64,000 nt of DNA, from positions 7,074 through 71,073 of the forward strand of contig JAZROP010000003.1 of assembly GCA_045648785.1 (NCBI GenBank), given 5' to 3'. The position numbers were made by a program, and so were the translations under genes. The notes below the pieces were generated by a model. It had not been told where the DNA came from and did not search any database. It saw only the letters and a list, made by a program, of their open reading frames with translations. Shown one piece after another: positions 49,795-59,260 of the stretch (its first letter is position 1; each line of letters opens with the position of its first letter). This stretch comes from Clostridia bacterium. Lineage in GTDB: Bacteria; Bacillota; Clostridia; RUG12999.

Positions 49795-49807
49795 AGTTTA
49801 AACCTCG

Positions 49808-50323
49808 TTATTTTCTAAAAAATGATATATCGAAATATTGCTCAGTAAACCGGCTTAATTCAAACATATATGTGTAAAGCAAAGGATTTTTCATCATAAG
49901 CTTTGATATATACCAAACCGTATCAATAAAATTTTTATCAAGCTCTGATATATCAAGTGCGCGTGCAAGCGGACAAATGCCTTTGCCGCGTGGGTCCATT
50001 ATAATCTTAAGCTCCCCCGAAATGTCGATATAGGGAAAGAGAGGGAAAATTCTGCAGGCAAGCGGACGGAGCATGCGGTCACATTTTCCGATGCAGCTCA
50101 TAAAGTCCACTTTGTGCACCCCAAAAGAAAAGCCACATTTTCGTATATTTGCCCAGGAAGGTAGGTTTTCATACATGACCTTTTCTCCGGGGAAAAGATA
50201 CATCCCGGCATCCTCATCTCCCTTGCAACAACTGCCGTCACAAAGATTGCCACAATCGACAGGCAGGGGAGTGACATTTTCGGTAATCCTGTAAATGTAC
50301 GAGTAAAAATCTTTACAGTTCAA
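49808..50323 (-). CDS. YkgJ-family cysteine-cluster (putative zinc/iron-binding, CxxCxxCC) protein
   Basis: CGNLCDGSCCKG motif. TTG start with a strong AAGGAG RBS at 8-nt spacing. Only 13 bp upstream of trkA. Confidence 0.6.
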   Translation of the reverse strand: MNCKDFYSYIYRITENVTPLPVDCGNLCDGSCCKGDEDAGMYLFPGEKVMYENLPSWANIRKCGFSFGVHKVDFMSCIGKCDRMLRPLACRIFPLFPYIDISGELKIIMDPRGKGICPLARALDISELDKNFIDTVWYISKLMMKNPLLYTYMFELSRFTEQYFDISFFRK

Positions 50324-50380
50324 AGTAAAACTCCTTATTTAAGCATAAAAAGACAGCCGCTGCTGTCTTTTTATTATTTT

Positions 50381-51446
50381 TTAGATATAGTTTTCTTCAC
50401 AGAGAAGCTCTGCGAGCAGGACAGCACCGCCGGCTGCGCCTCTGAGTGTGTTGTGTGACATACACACAAATTTTACTGTAAACTGGTTATCTCTGCGGAG
50501 TCTGCCAATTGTAACAGCCATGCCGTTTTCGAGATTTCTGTCCAGTTTTGTCTGGGGTCTGTTATCTTCTGTAAAATAGTGGAGGAACTGTTTTGGTGCA
50601 CTGGGAAGTTTAAGCTTTTGAGCTGCACCTTCATAATTTTCCCATTTTTCAATAATTTCTTCATTTGAAATTTCTTTTTCAAACTCAGCGAAAACAGCCG
50701 CCATATGACCGTCGCTTACAGGAACTCTCAGACACTGAGCGGTAATAAGAGGGCTTGTTGCCGGAACAATTTTACCATCCTCAACTGTGCCCCAGAGTTT
50801 CATAGGTTCTTTTTCGCTCTTTTCTTCTTCTCCGCCAATGTAAGGAATAATATTGTCAACGATTTCGGGCATTGTCTCAAATGTTTTACCTGCACCGGAA
50901 ATAGCTTGATATGTACAAACAGCAACTCGTTTTAAACCATAGGACAAAAGCGGATGGAGTGCGGGAACATAACTCTGAAGAGAGCAGTTGGATTTTACTG
51001 AGATAAAACCTCTTTTTGTACCGAGCCTTTTTCTCTGAGCATCAATAACCTTTATATGCTCGGGGTTGATTTCGGGAACAACCATGGGAACATCTTCTGT
51101 CATTCTGTGAGCACTGTTGTTTGAAACAACCGGAATTTCTGCTTTTGCATATTTTTCTTCCAGAGATTTAATCTGGTCTTTTGGCATATTTACTGCACAG
51201 AAAACAAAATCAACCTGAGAAGCTATTGTATCAATATCTGCTTCTGCATCATAAACATTCATATTTTTAACATATTCAGGAAGCTCAGTCTGCATAGCCC
51301 ATCTTGAACCAACAGCTTCGCCGTAGGTTTTACCTGCACTGCGGCTGCTTGCGGCCAGAAGAGCAATTTCAAAATTAGGGTGCTTGTCAAGCAGAGTAAT
51401 AAATCTTTGACCAACCATACCCGTAGCACCAATTATACCAACTTTG
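50381..51446 (-). CDS. asd: Aspartate-semialdehyde dehydrogenase
   Basis: VGIIGATGMVGQRF NAD(P)-binding N-terminus and active-site Cys region. Three tandem Met codons at the 5' end. The third ATG is chosen for RBS spacing. Confidence 0.85.
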
Positions 51447-51497
51447 TAGTTTTTCATTTTCATCATCCTTATTTTCATAGTATTATAATGATAAAAC

Positions 51498-51526
51498 ATT
51501 ATATCACGCCTGTGGCAGTATGTCAA
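51498..51526 (-). promoter_or_regulatory. Consensus sigma-A promoter (reverse strand) TTGACA-17-TATAAT for asd, with a short leader
   Basis: Reverse complement reads TTGACATACTGCCACAGGCGTGATATAAT. Confidence 0.5.
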
Positions 51527-51600
51527 GAATCAATAATTACATAAAGGGTTTTTTTGTTTTTTGTCGAATAAGTATTTATGCAAATTACGGAGGAATACAT

Positions 51601-52851
51601 ATGAAGATTAAATATATATTTTTGACACTTGCAGTTTTGATTTGTATGACTGTAAGTGTATATGCAACAGAAGCACCGCTTAGAGTGGGACTTTTCTATG
51701 GAGCAACAGCACTTGAAAAAGTAACCATTGCATCAACAGGCGGTTTTGAAACAGATGCGGCAGAGGACCTGGGTACAGAACTTGTGGCAACTGTTTCGGA
51801 AGGCAATATTATGCTGCATAACTTGGAGGGAGATGTTCTGATTTATGCCGGCGCAGACGGTAGGGAAATAAGAGCGGTTGCCCGTGAGGGGATTTTTACC
51901 GTTGAGGGGAAAGGGTACAGAGGCAATGTGATTTTCCGACCGATGGACGGAAAAATCACTGTAATAAATGAAATTATGACCGACGATTATCTGCGAGGGG
52001 TTGTTGCCGGAGAAATGCCGTCAAGCTGGCCTGTGGAAGCACTCAAGGCGCAGGCGGTTGCGGCGCGCTGTTATGCACTTAACGCACTTAATAAACATGC
52101 AGACTTTGGTTTTGATGTTTGTGCCACAACAAACTGTCAGGTTTATGGTGGGACCCAGGCTGAAACAGAAGCTACAAACCGGGCAGTAGAAGAAACTGCG
52201 GGAATTGTGGCTCTTTATAACGGAAAAGTTGTCAACACACTTTTTTCGTCATCCAACGGTGGATATGCAGAAGCATCGGAAAATGTATGGGGAGGAAGCT
52301 CTCCGTATTTTCAGACATTTAAGGACGAGTTTGAAAAAACAGATGAAATTAGTGGTGCGGTATGGAAATATGAAATTTCTCCGCAACAGCTTAAGGAAGA
52401 GCTTGCCGGAAATGGAGTCGATATCGGGGATATACTTAATATGGAGATTGTTAAAACCTCCCGTTCGGGACGAGTTCTTGAAGTGAAAATTACGGGCACC
52501 ACCGGTACAAAAAGTTATATTAAAAGTTATGCAAGAACTTTTCTTGGACTAAAAAGTCAGCTTTATACAATTATTCCACCTACAGGAACTGCGGTTTTCT
52601 GCCTCGGAGCAAATGGACAAGAAACCATTTCGGGCAATTATTATGTTCTTACCGACGAAGGGCTTGACACCCGTAAGGCTGAGGAGGGTAATCCGAATTA
52701 TGTATTCAATGGCAGAGGATATGGCCACGGGGTAGGCATGAGCCAATGGGGTGCGCGGTATATGAGCGAGCAGGGGCTTACCTATGAGGACATTTTAAAA
52801 TATTATTTTAAAGGTATTGAGCTGAAAAGCTATACAGAAGCAATATTATAA
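51601..52851 (+). CDS. spoIID: SpoIID/LytB-domain protein (stage II sporulation protein D-like lytic transglycosylase)
   Basis: Signal peptide. RGVVAGEMPSSWPVEALKAQAVAARCYAL and NSSNGGY conserved SpoIID motifs. Confidence 0.75.
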   Translation: MKIKYIFLTLAVLICMTVSVYATEAPLRVGLFYGATALEKVTIASTGGFETDAAEDLGTELVATVSEGNIMLHNLEGDVLIYAGADGREIRAVAREGIFTVEGKGYRGNVIFRPMDGKITVINEIMTDDYLRGVVAGEMPSSWPVEALKAQAVAARCYALNALNKHADFGFDVCATTNCQVYGGTQAETEATNRAVEETAGIVALYNGKVVNTLFSSSNGGYAEASENVWGGSSPYFQTFKDEFEKTDEISGAVWKYEISPQQLKEELAGNGVDIGDILNMEIVKTSRSGRVLEVKITGTTGTKSYIKSYARTFLGLKSQLYTIIPPTGTAVFCLGANGQETISGNYYVLTDEGLDTRKAEEGNPNYVFNGRGYGHGVGMSQWGARYMSEQGLTYEDILKYYFKGIELKSYTEAIL

Positions 52852-54110
52852 AGGGAATTTAAAACTACCCAGTTTTGTGGAAATGGTCTGAGTAAATCCC
52901 AGTAACCGACTCCACGAAAACCATATTCATTTACAAGCAAAAGCTTTGCATTGATGCTTCGTGCATCTTCAAACCAGACTTCATGAGCGACACCGGCCTC
53001 ATCCGTGTAGTTAAACCACGGTGACTGTGAGACGGTGTCGTAATTTATTTCCGCTCCAAATTCACGGGCAAGCTCAATTGCGCGTTCGCTTGAAATTGAA
53101 GTTGCAGCCGTCTCACCTTTAATAAAAGGAAGTGGCCAGTCGTAGCCGTAGGTAGGGATACCGAAAAATATTTTGTCGGGGGAAATGCGGGTCACTGCAT
53201 AATCAAGCACTCGTCGAACAGCATCAATCGGGGCAACTGCCTGAGGAGAACTGTATTTGTAACCCCACTCATAAGTCATTAAAAATACATAGTTTGACGC
53301 CTCGGCAAGACCGGCATAGTCATGGCCTTCGTACAAAAGCCCCGGTTGAGTATCGCTTGTTTTGGGAGCGAGAGCGACCCACACCGGATAGCCGTCGGCA
53401 TTAAGAAGTTCGGTGACAGTATTGACGAAGTTTACATAATTTTCTGCTTCAACGCCACCTAGATACTCAAAATCAATGTCCAGTCCTTGATAACCTTTGG
53501 TCTTTATATTGCGGAGTATAGCCTGCGATAAGGTTTGAACTGACATATCGGAACGGAAAAGCATGGACGCACGCTCGGTACTGAAAATATCCTGTTCGGT
53601 CAGCGTAGACAGATGCATAAGCGATGCCACGCCATATTCATTTGCTGTTTCAATAAGACGGAGGTCACCTAAGTTTACAAGACCACTGCGCTCACTTATT
53701 CCATAAGTAAAAGGAATGAGATAGGAGAGATAGGGCAGGGTGGCACGAAGCAGCCAGTCGGAAATAAACGGATAAGAATAGGCGTTTACATAAATGGTGC
53801 CAAGCTTTTCCCCCTGATAGCTTATAACGAGAAATTGTCCCGGATAGAGGGCATCCCGGCCGCCAAGCTCATAATTGTTGCGGTAAAGCTGATTTACCGT
53901 TATACCATATAGCTCCGCTATTGAAAAAATGGACTCGCCCGGAGCGACAATATGCGTCACATCAGGCAATAAAACGACAAGCGACTGACCGGTCACAAGC
54001 GGAGTATCGATTGTATATCCATTGTCACGCATCATTCGTGTCGGACTTACGCCGTATATTGCTGCTACCTGTGCAGGTGTCTGCCCTGATTGAACAACAT
54101 GAATAACCAT
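52830..54110 (-). CDS. Two LysM domains plus a glycoside hydrolase family 18 catalytic domain (YaaH/SleL-like spore cortex-lytic enzyme)
   Basis: Two LysM repeats (VVQSGQTPAQVAAIYGV..., VAPGESIFSIAELYGITV...) and GH18 motif YQGLDIDFE. RBS GAGGTG. Confidence 0.75.
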   Translation of the reverse strand: MVIHVVQSGQTPAQVAAIYGVSPTRMMRDNGYTIDTPLVTGQSLVVLLPDVTHIVAPGESIFSIAELYGITVNQLYRNNYELGGRDALYPGQFLVISYQGEKLGTIYVNAYSYPFISDWLLRATLPYLSYLIPFTYGISERSGLVNLGDLRLIETANEYGVASLMHLSTLTEQDIFSTERASMLFRSDMSVQTLSQAILRNIKTKGYQGLDIDFEYLGGVEAENYVNFVNTVTELLNADGYPVWVALAPKTSDTQPGLLYEGHDYAGLAEASNYVFLMTYEWGYKYSSPQAVAPIDAVRRVLDYAVTRISPDKIFFGIPTYGYDWPLPFIKGETAATSISSERAIELAREFGAEINYDTVSQSPWFNYTDEAGVAHEVWFEDARSINAKLLLVNEYGFRGVGYWDLLRPFPQNWVVLNSLYNIASV

Positions 54111-54205
54111 TTAACTTCACCTCGTATAATAAATATGCTTGATTTTGGCAAAAATGTGCGAATAAAAGTAAAAAAGCCCCTCTGCATTTGCAGAGGGGAT
54201 AAATT

Positions 54206-55390
54206 TTAATATTTACGCCACACCATTTTATCTACTATACCGGTGTAAGACTGAATTATTTTTACCACTTTTGTAGAAACATTTTCTTCAATATAGTCGG
54301 GAACGGGAATACCGGTGTCGGAATTTTCGTTCATTTTTATTGCAGTGTCAACCGACTGAATCAGTGATTTTTCATCAATTCCGGCAAGGACAAAGCATGC
54401 CTTGTCAAGAGCCTCGGGTCGCTCGGTACTTGTCCTTATACATACTGCCGGGAAAGGGTTTCCAACAGATGTGAAAAAGGAACTCTCCTCGGGAAGCGTT
54501 CCGCTGTCTGAAATAACGGCAAAAGCGTTCATCTGCAGGTTGTTGTAATCGTGGAAACCGAGTGGTTCGTGCTGAATAACTCTGGGGTCGAGTGAAAATC
54601 CGCTTTCTTTAAGACGCTTTTTGGAACGGGGATGACATGAATATAAAATTGGCATGTCATATTTTTTTGCAATTTTGTTTATCGCATTGAAAAGAGAAAG
54701 GAAGTTTTTCTCTGTATCAATGTTTTCTTCGCGGTGAGCTGAAAGAAGAATATATTTTTTCTTTTCAAGACCAAGCTTTTTAAGAATATCAGACGCCTTA
54801 ATCTCATCAAGGTTTTTGTGGAGCACTTCTGCCATAGGAGAACCTGTTACATAGGTGCGTTCTTTTGGCAGACCGCAATCGGCAAGATATCTTCTTGCGT
54901 GCTCGGAATATGCAAGGTTAACATCTGAGATTATGTCAACAATGCGACGGTTTGTTTCCTCGGGCAGACATTCGTCTTTACAGCGGTTGCCTGCTTCCAT
55001 ATGGAAAATAGGAATATGAAGCCTTTTTGCAGCAATGGCTGACAGGCAGGAGTTTGTGTCACCAAGAATTAAGAGTGCGTCGGGTTTTACAGCATCCATA
55101 AGCTTGTATGAGCAGTTTATAATATTGCCGACGGTTGCACCTAAATCGTCGCCTACGGCATCCATATAAACATCCGGATCGGAAAGCTTTAAGTCCCGGA
55201 AAAACACACCATTTAAATTATAGTCATAGTTCTGCCCGGTGTGTGCGAGCAGGCAGTCAAAATATTCCCTGCATTTGGTTATGGTTGCAGATAAACGAAT
55301 AATTTCGGGACGCGTACCCACTATGATAAGAAGTTTAAGCTTGCCGTTATCTTTGAACTTTATGTCGGAATAATCAAGTTTAATACTCAT
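54206..55390 (-). CDS. wecB: UDP-N-acetylglucosamine 2-epimerase (non-hydrolysing)
   Basis: LKLLIIVGTRPEIIRL and HTGQNYDYNL conserved N-terminus. Confidence 0.85.
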   Translation of the reverse strand: MSIKLDYSDIKFKDNGKLKLLIIVGTRPEIIRLSATITKCREYFDCLLAHTGQNYDYNLNGVFFRDLKLSDPDVYMDAVGDDLGATVGNIINCSYKLMDAVKPDALLILGDTNSCLSAIAAKRLHIPIFHMEAGNRCKDECLPEETNRRIVDIISDVNLAYSEHARRYLADCGLPKERTYVTGSPMAEVLHKNLDEIKASDILKKLGLEKKKYILLSAHREENIDTEKNFLSLFNAINKIAKKYDMPILYSCHPRSKKRLKESGFSLDPRVIQHEPLGFHDYNNLQMNAFAVISDSGTLPEESSFFTSVGNPFPAVCIRTSTERPEALDKACFVLAGIDEKSLIQSVDTAIKMNENSDTGIPVPDYIEENVSTKVVKIIQSYTGIVDKMVWRKY

Positions 55391-56591
55391 GATTAATGCT
55401 CCTTTTTATAAACTTAAGAATTTTTTCGCTTTGTATATAAGAATTTTTATTTTCAAGAACAAATTGCCGAGCTTTCTGACCGAAAGCCTCAAGCTCATTA
55501 CCGGACATAGAAAGTACTTCAGTAATTTTTTTGCTGATGTCACAGGCAGAAAATTCGTCTGCTGTGAAACAGTAGTCAAAGTACTCGGTGGGTATGCCGG
55601 GCAACTTTGTGGTGAGCACCGGAGTGCCGGAAACCATATATTCTATAGTTTTTGACGGAAAGGAATATTTTGTGTATTCCTCATCGGGATTTCGCAGGTT
55701 AACAAGCAGGTGAGCCTGCCTTTCAAAACTGAGAATTTCATTTCTCGGTCTGTGCCCGAAATATTTTATACGGTCATCTTTTTCTGCCGCTTTTTTAACC
55801 AGAGTCTCACAGTCACCAGTTCCGAAAAGCCATAACTGAATATTGTGGTCGGAAATGGAAGAAAAAGCATCAATTAGCTGTAAAACCCCCATTTTTTCAT
55901 TAAGAGCACCCGCGTACATTACCGACGGGCAACTGCTTTTTTTCTGACAAGAAATATCAAAATCCTTTGCAATACCCTCCACCACGGCATATGGTGCAGA
56001 TGAATTTATAACATCTTTCATATGCTCGGAAAAATATATGTACCCGTCAAAACTACCCTGAATTTTTTCTGCAGCGCGGACATAAAAACCAGATAAAAAT
56101 TTTTTGACAGGGGAAATCTCCTCGTTTGAAAACATATCACGGGGGAGGTCAGGAACAATTGCAAAGCAAGGTGTTCCGGTTCTTTTACAAAGGGATATAA
56201 TACTTTTAGCAACAGGTTGAAATATAGAATAAATTATTACAGCCTTTTCCTCGTTTGAGTTGTTTATAAGCCATTCTTTTAGCATAAAATGGGAAATAAT
56301 TCTTTGACAGAGCTGTTTGAGTCCCATTACATTTACGGCAGAAATCCATAATGAGGAGTAGCCGCAATCGAGAGGGACATTGCAATTTCTGATAAATATC
56401 CGTTTGCTTTTTGGAAAAGATGGAATAGCCGGAAAGGAAAAAACCTCTACATCAGCACCGTGGTCATGAAATCCCTGCATGAGAGAGCTTTCAAAAGCAA
56501 ACGGAGCGGCGGATGGTAAAACCCTTGAGCTGCCCAGAATTTTTTCGTATTCAAAAGAATTGCAAACTGTTCCAAAATAAAGAATTTTCAT
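55380..56591 (-). CDS. Glycosyltransferase (GT4-like, GT-B fold)
   Basis: C-terminal EYMVSGTPVLTTKLPGIPTEY Glycos_transf_1-like motif. Its stop overlaps the wecB start. Confidence 0.6.
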   Translation of the reverse strand: MKILYFGTVCNSFEYEKILGSSRVLPSAAPFAFESSLMQGFHDHGADVEVFSFPAIPSFPKSKRIFIRNCNVPLDCGYSSLWISAVNVMGLKQLCQRIISHFMLKEWLINNSNEEKAVIIYSIFQPVAKSIISLCKRTGTPCFAIVPDLPRDMFSNEEISPVKKFLSGFYVRAAEKIQGSFDGYIYFSEHMKDVINSSAPYAVVEGIAKDFDISCQKKSSCPSVMYAGALNEKMGVLQLIDAFSSISDHNIQLWLFGTGDCETLVKKAAEKDDRIKYFGHRPRNEILSFERQAHLLVNLRNPDEEYTKYSFPSKTIEYMVSGTPVLTTKLPGIPTEYFDYCFTADEFSACDISKKITEVLSMSGNELEAFGQKARQFVLENKNSYIQSEKILKFIKRSINHEY

Positions 56592-56594
56592 AAT

Positions 56595-57746
56595 TTAGCC
56601 CCGAATGGTGTTATTTTTCAGCACAATATCAAACATTTCACGGTATTTATTAAATAACTCTTTTGCGTCAAGTTTGGTTTTGCGATAGTCACAAAGTTTG
56701 TCTGTTATAGCGGTATATTCCTGATGAGTTAAATCACAAAGCGTTTGAAGTGTTTCTGTAAATTTTGCAATGTCATGAAGTGGAATTGTGAAACCACCGT
56801 TTGAGTCAATGTCATCCCAGGGGGTAGTACCACGGCTTATAACAGGGATAATCCCTGCCAGAACCGATTCTGCAATAGAGTGAGAATAGTTTTCGGTAAG
56901 CGTGGGGAAAAGAAAACAATGGTATTTTGAAAAAACACTTTTGGCTTTCCCCATTTCCACAACCCCGCAATAATTTATTTTTACATTATCGGGTGCGGTG
57001 GAGATAAGCTTTTCACATTCTGACCAGTAATCAGGATGCTCGATAGGACCATATATATCAAAAGTAATGTCACCCGTTAGTGGCAGAACACTTTTTATGG
57101 CGTCGACAAGGTTTTTTGAGCTATGTATGCGTGAAATGGATGCGATTTTCAAAAAACCCGGATTCTTTTCGGTAACCGTTTTAAATGGTGGCAGAGAGGG
57201 AAATTCGCCAATGGTGAAAATTTTTTCTTCCGGTACGCCGAGATATTTCATTGTTCCAAGCTTTTCTGCGTTGCTTGTGGCGTGAAAAAATATTCCTTTG
57301 TAAAGACCAAACAAACGCATTACAAAAAGAAAAATAAATTTTTTGAATAATTTTATATGTATAGCGTTGTCCAAAAGCTCTCCGCGCGGCGCGTACACCA
57401 CCTTTAATTTGTCGCGTTTTGCAATTCTTAGCAAGGGCACATTCAGTTTGGCACTGAAAATGCTTGAAAGGTAAAGACAGTCAGGCTTACGCTCTTTAAT
57501 TATGGCATCAAAATTTCTGAAAGTTCGTTGTTTGTCAGGAATATATAAAACCTGAGCTTTGCCTACGGGATTAAAACCGGGTTTTATCCCGGGAAGCGGA
57601 ACAGAGTCGCCCCAATCATGGTCAGAGCATATGATATCTATATCATAGCTGTCCCCGAGGTTATAAACAAAGTTAGACAGACTTGTAATAGGTCCGCCGT
57701 ATTTTTGGGCAGGCTCGTGACCGTTGGCAAAAACCATAATTTTCAT
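56595..57746 (-). CDS. Glycosyltransferase family 4
   Basis: ESVLAGIIPVISRGTTPWDDI C-terminal motif and an N-terminal GT-B Rossmann half. Confidence 0.7.
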   Translation of the reverse strand: MKIMVFANGHEPAQKYGGPITSLSNFVYNLGDSYDIDIICSDHDWGDSVPLPGIKPGFNPVGKAQVLYIPDKQRTFRNFDAIIKERKPDCLYLSSIFSAKLNVPLLRIAKRDKLKVVYAPRGELLDNAIHIKLFKKFIFLFVMRLFGLYKGIFFHATSNAEKLGTMKYLGVPEEKIFTIGEFPSLPPFKTVTEKNPGFLKIASISRIHSSKNLVDAIKSVLPLTGDITFDIYGPIEHPDYWSECEKLISTAPDNVKINYCGVVEMGKAKSVFSKYHCFLFPTLTENYSHSIAESVLAGIIPVISRGTTPWDDIDSNGGFTIPLHDIAKFTETLQTLCDLTHQEYTAITDKLCDYRKTKLDAKELFNKYREMFDIVLKNNTIRG

Positions 57747-57769
57747 AGAAAATGTTCCTTTTCAAAAAA

Positions 57770-58897
57770 TTAAAAACAGGATTTTATTATTTCAATAACA
57801 TGTTGCTGCTCGTCTTCTGTCATTTTTATATCAGAGGGCAGACAAAGTCCGCGTGCAAATATATCCTCGCCAACAGGCATTGCCGCAGCTGAAATAAAGT
57901 CGCACTCTTTAAATACCGGCTGCATATGCATTGGTTTCCATATTGGACGGGCTTCAATGTTTTCTTCTTCGAGAGCAAGGCGAATTTTTTCGGGGGTAAC
58001 GGAACACCCCTTGTCAATCAGTATGCAGGACAGCCAAAAGTTAGGCTGAGTGCAGTCAAGATAGGGGTTCATGGAAAGGGGAAGCCCCTTAAGCCCATTT
58101 TTATACCTGAGATAAATCTTTTCTTTCAAATCTTTGTGCTCGTCAAGATGAAGAAGCTGACCTCTGCCGATACCGGCAACTACATTGGACATACGATAGT
58201 TATAGCCTATCTCCTCGTGCTGGTACCATGGTGTTTTTTCTCTGGACTGAGTTGACCAGAAAAATGCTTTTTCGCGCGCCTCGGCACTGTCTGTCAGAAG
58301 CATACCGCCGCCAGAAGTAGTGATTATTTTGTTTCCGTTAAAACTGATGGCATTATATTTTCCGAATGTGCCACACTTTCTGCCTTTGTATTTGGCTGAA
58401 AGGGCTTCGGCAGCGTCTTCTATAAGAATGGCATTATGTTTATTGCATATTTCAATTATTTCATCGGTTTTGGCAGGTGAGCCGTAAAGATGAACAAGTA
58501 CAACCACCTTTACATCGGAATATTTTTCAAAAGCCATTTCAAGTGCATCCGGGTCCATATTCCAACTGTCTTCTTCTGAATCAATAAATACAGGGTCTGC
58601 ACCTTCGTAAACAGCCGGATTAACAGTTGCTGCAAAGGTTACATCCGAACAAAAAATTTTATCTCCGCGCTTTACTCCTGCAAGCTTGAACGCCAAATGC
58701 AGAGCGGCTGTGCCGGATGCAAGCGAAAGCGCGCTAAGTTTCGGGTTTGTTTCAAGATAGTCTGCCATTTCGGATTCAAAGGAGTCGCAGTTGAAACCGA
58801 GAGGGGCAACATAGCCACGGTCAAAGGCTTCTTTTATGTAATTCATTTCCTCACCGTGCGTGGTAGGAGTTGAAAGAAAAATTCGTTTATTTTCCAT
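57770..58897 (-). CDS. DegT/DnrJ/EryC1/StrS-family PLP-dependent sugar aminotransferase
   Basis: N-terminus IFLSTPTTHGEEMNYIKEAFD. Lys context FNGNKIITTSGGGM. 375 aa. RBS AAGGAAG. Confidence 0.85.
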   Translation of the reverse strand: MENKRIFLSTPTTHGEEMNYIKEAFDRGYVAPLGFNCDSFESEMADYLETNPKLSALSLASGTAALHLAFKLAGVKRGDKIFCSDVTFAATVNPAVYEGADPVFIDSEEDSWNMDPDALEMAFEKYSDVKVVVLVHLYGSPAKTDEIIEICNKHNAILIEDAAEALSAKYKGRKCGTFGKYNAISFNGNKIITTSGGGMLLTDSAEAREKAFFWSTQSREKTPWYQHEEIGYNYRMSNVVAGIGRGQLLHLDEHKDLKEKIYLRYKNGLKGLPLSMNPYLDCTQPNFWLSCILIDKGCSVTPEKIRLALEEENIEARPIWKPMHMQPVFKECDFISAAAMPVGEDIFARGLCLPSDIKMTEDEQQHVIEIIKSCF

Positions 58898-58928
58898 ATT
58901 TTTCGCTTCCTTTTTATAATATAATTAT

Positions 58929-58957
58929 AGTATATCATAATGAAATTAAAGTGTCAA
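58929..58957 (-). promoter_or_regulatory. Sigma-A-type promoter (reverse strand) TTGACA-17-TATACT for the aminotransferase-GT-GT-wecB operon
   Basis: Reverse complement reads TTGACACTTTAATTTCATTATGATATACT. Confidence 0.45.
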
Positions 58958-58961
58958 GAAA

Positions 58962-59005
58962 ACAAAAAGCCGGGTAATCCTACAGGCGGATTCCCGGTTT
59001 TTCTT
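58962..59005. terminator. Terminator hairpin following the ferredoxin gene (reverse strand), bidirectional in form
   Basis: CCGGGAATCCGCC-TGTAGG-ATTACCCGG with flanking T-runs on both strands. Confidence 0.6.
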
Positions 59006-59015
59006 TTAGGTTTAA

Positions 59016-59186
59016 TTAGTTAGCTTCAGGAGCTTCTACGGGACAAACGCTTGCGCAAGAACCGCAATCGATGCATTCATCAGCGTTGATAACATATTTG
59101 TCATCACCGGCAGAAATGCAGGATACGGGACATTCGCCCTCACATGCTCCACAGCTAATGCAGCTGTCGTTAATAATGTAAGCCAT
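59016..59186 (-). CDS. fdx: 2x[4Fe-4S] ferredoxin
   Basis: CISCGACEGECP and CIDCGSCASVCP motifs. ATG at 59186 has RBS GGAGGTG. The 5' extension in the ORF track has no RBS. Confidence 0.8.
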   Translation of the reverse strand: MAYIINDSCISCGACEGECPVSCISAGDDKYVINADECIDCGSCASVCPVEAPEAN

Positions 59187-59260
59187 CTCCGAAACACCTC
59201 CCTTACACGCTGTGCATATTATAACAGAAAAATTATATAAATGCAAGTGTTTTGCCAAAA

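Noticed and set aside
49795-49807. Expected a ydaO-type c-di-AMP riboswitch upstream of trkA
   Set aside because: Only 13 bp separate trkA from the upstream YkgJ-like gene, and 57 bp (mostly terminator) precede that, so there is no space for a riboswitch.
55380-55390. Apparent anomaly at the wecB start codon when reading the line breaks
   Set aside because: Re-indexing shows a normal ATG (reverse strand, 55388-55390) overlapping the stop of the upstream glycosyltransferase, which is ordinary translational coupling.
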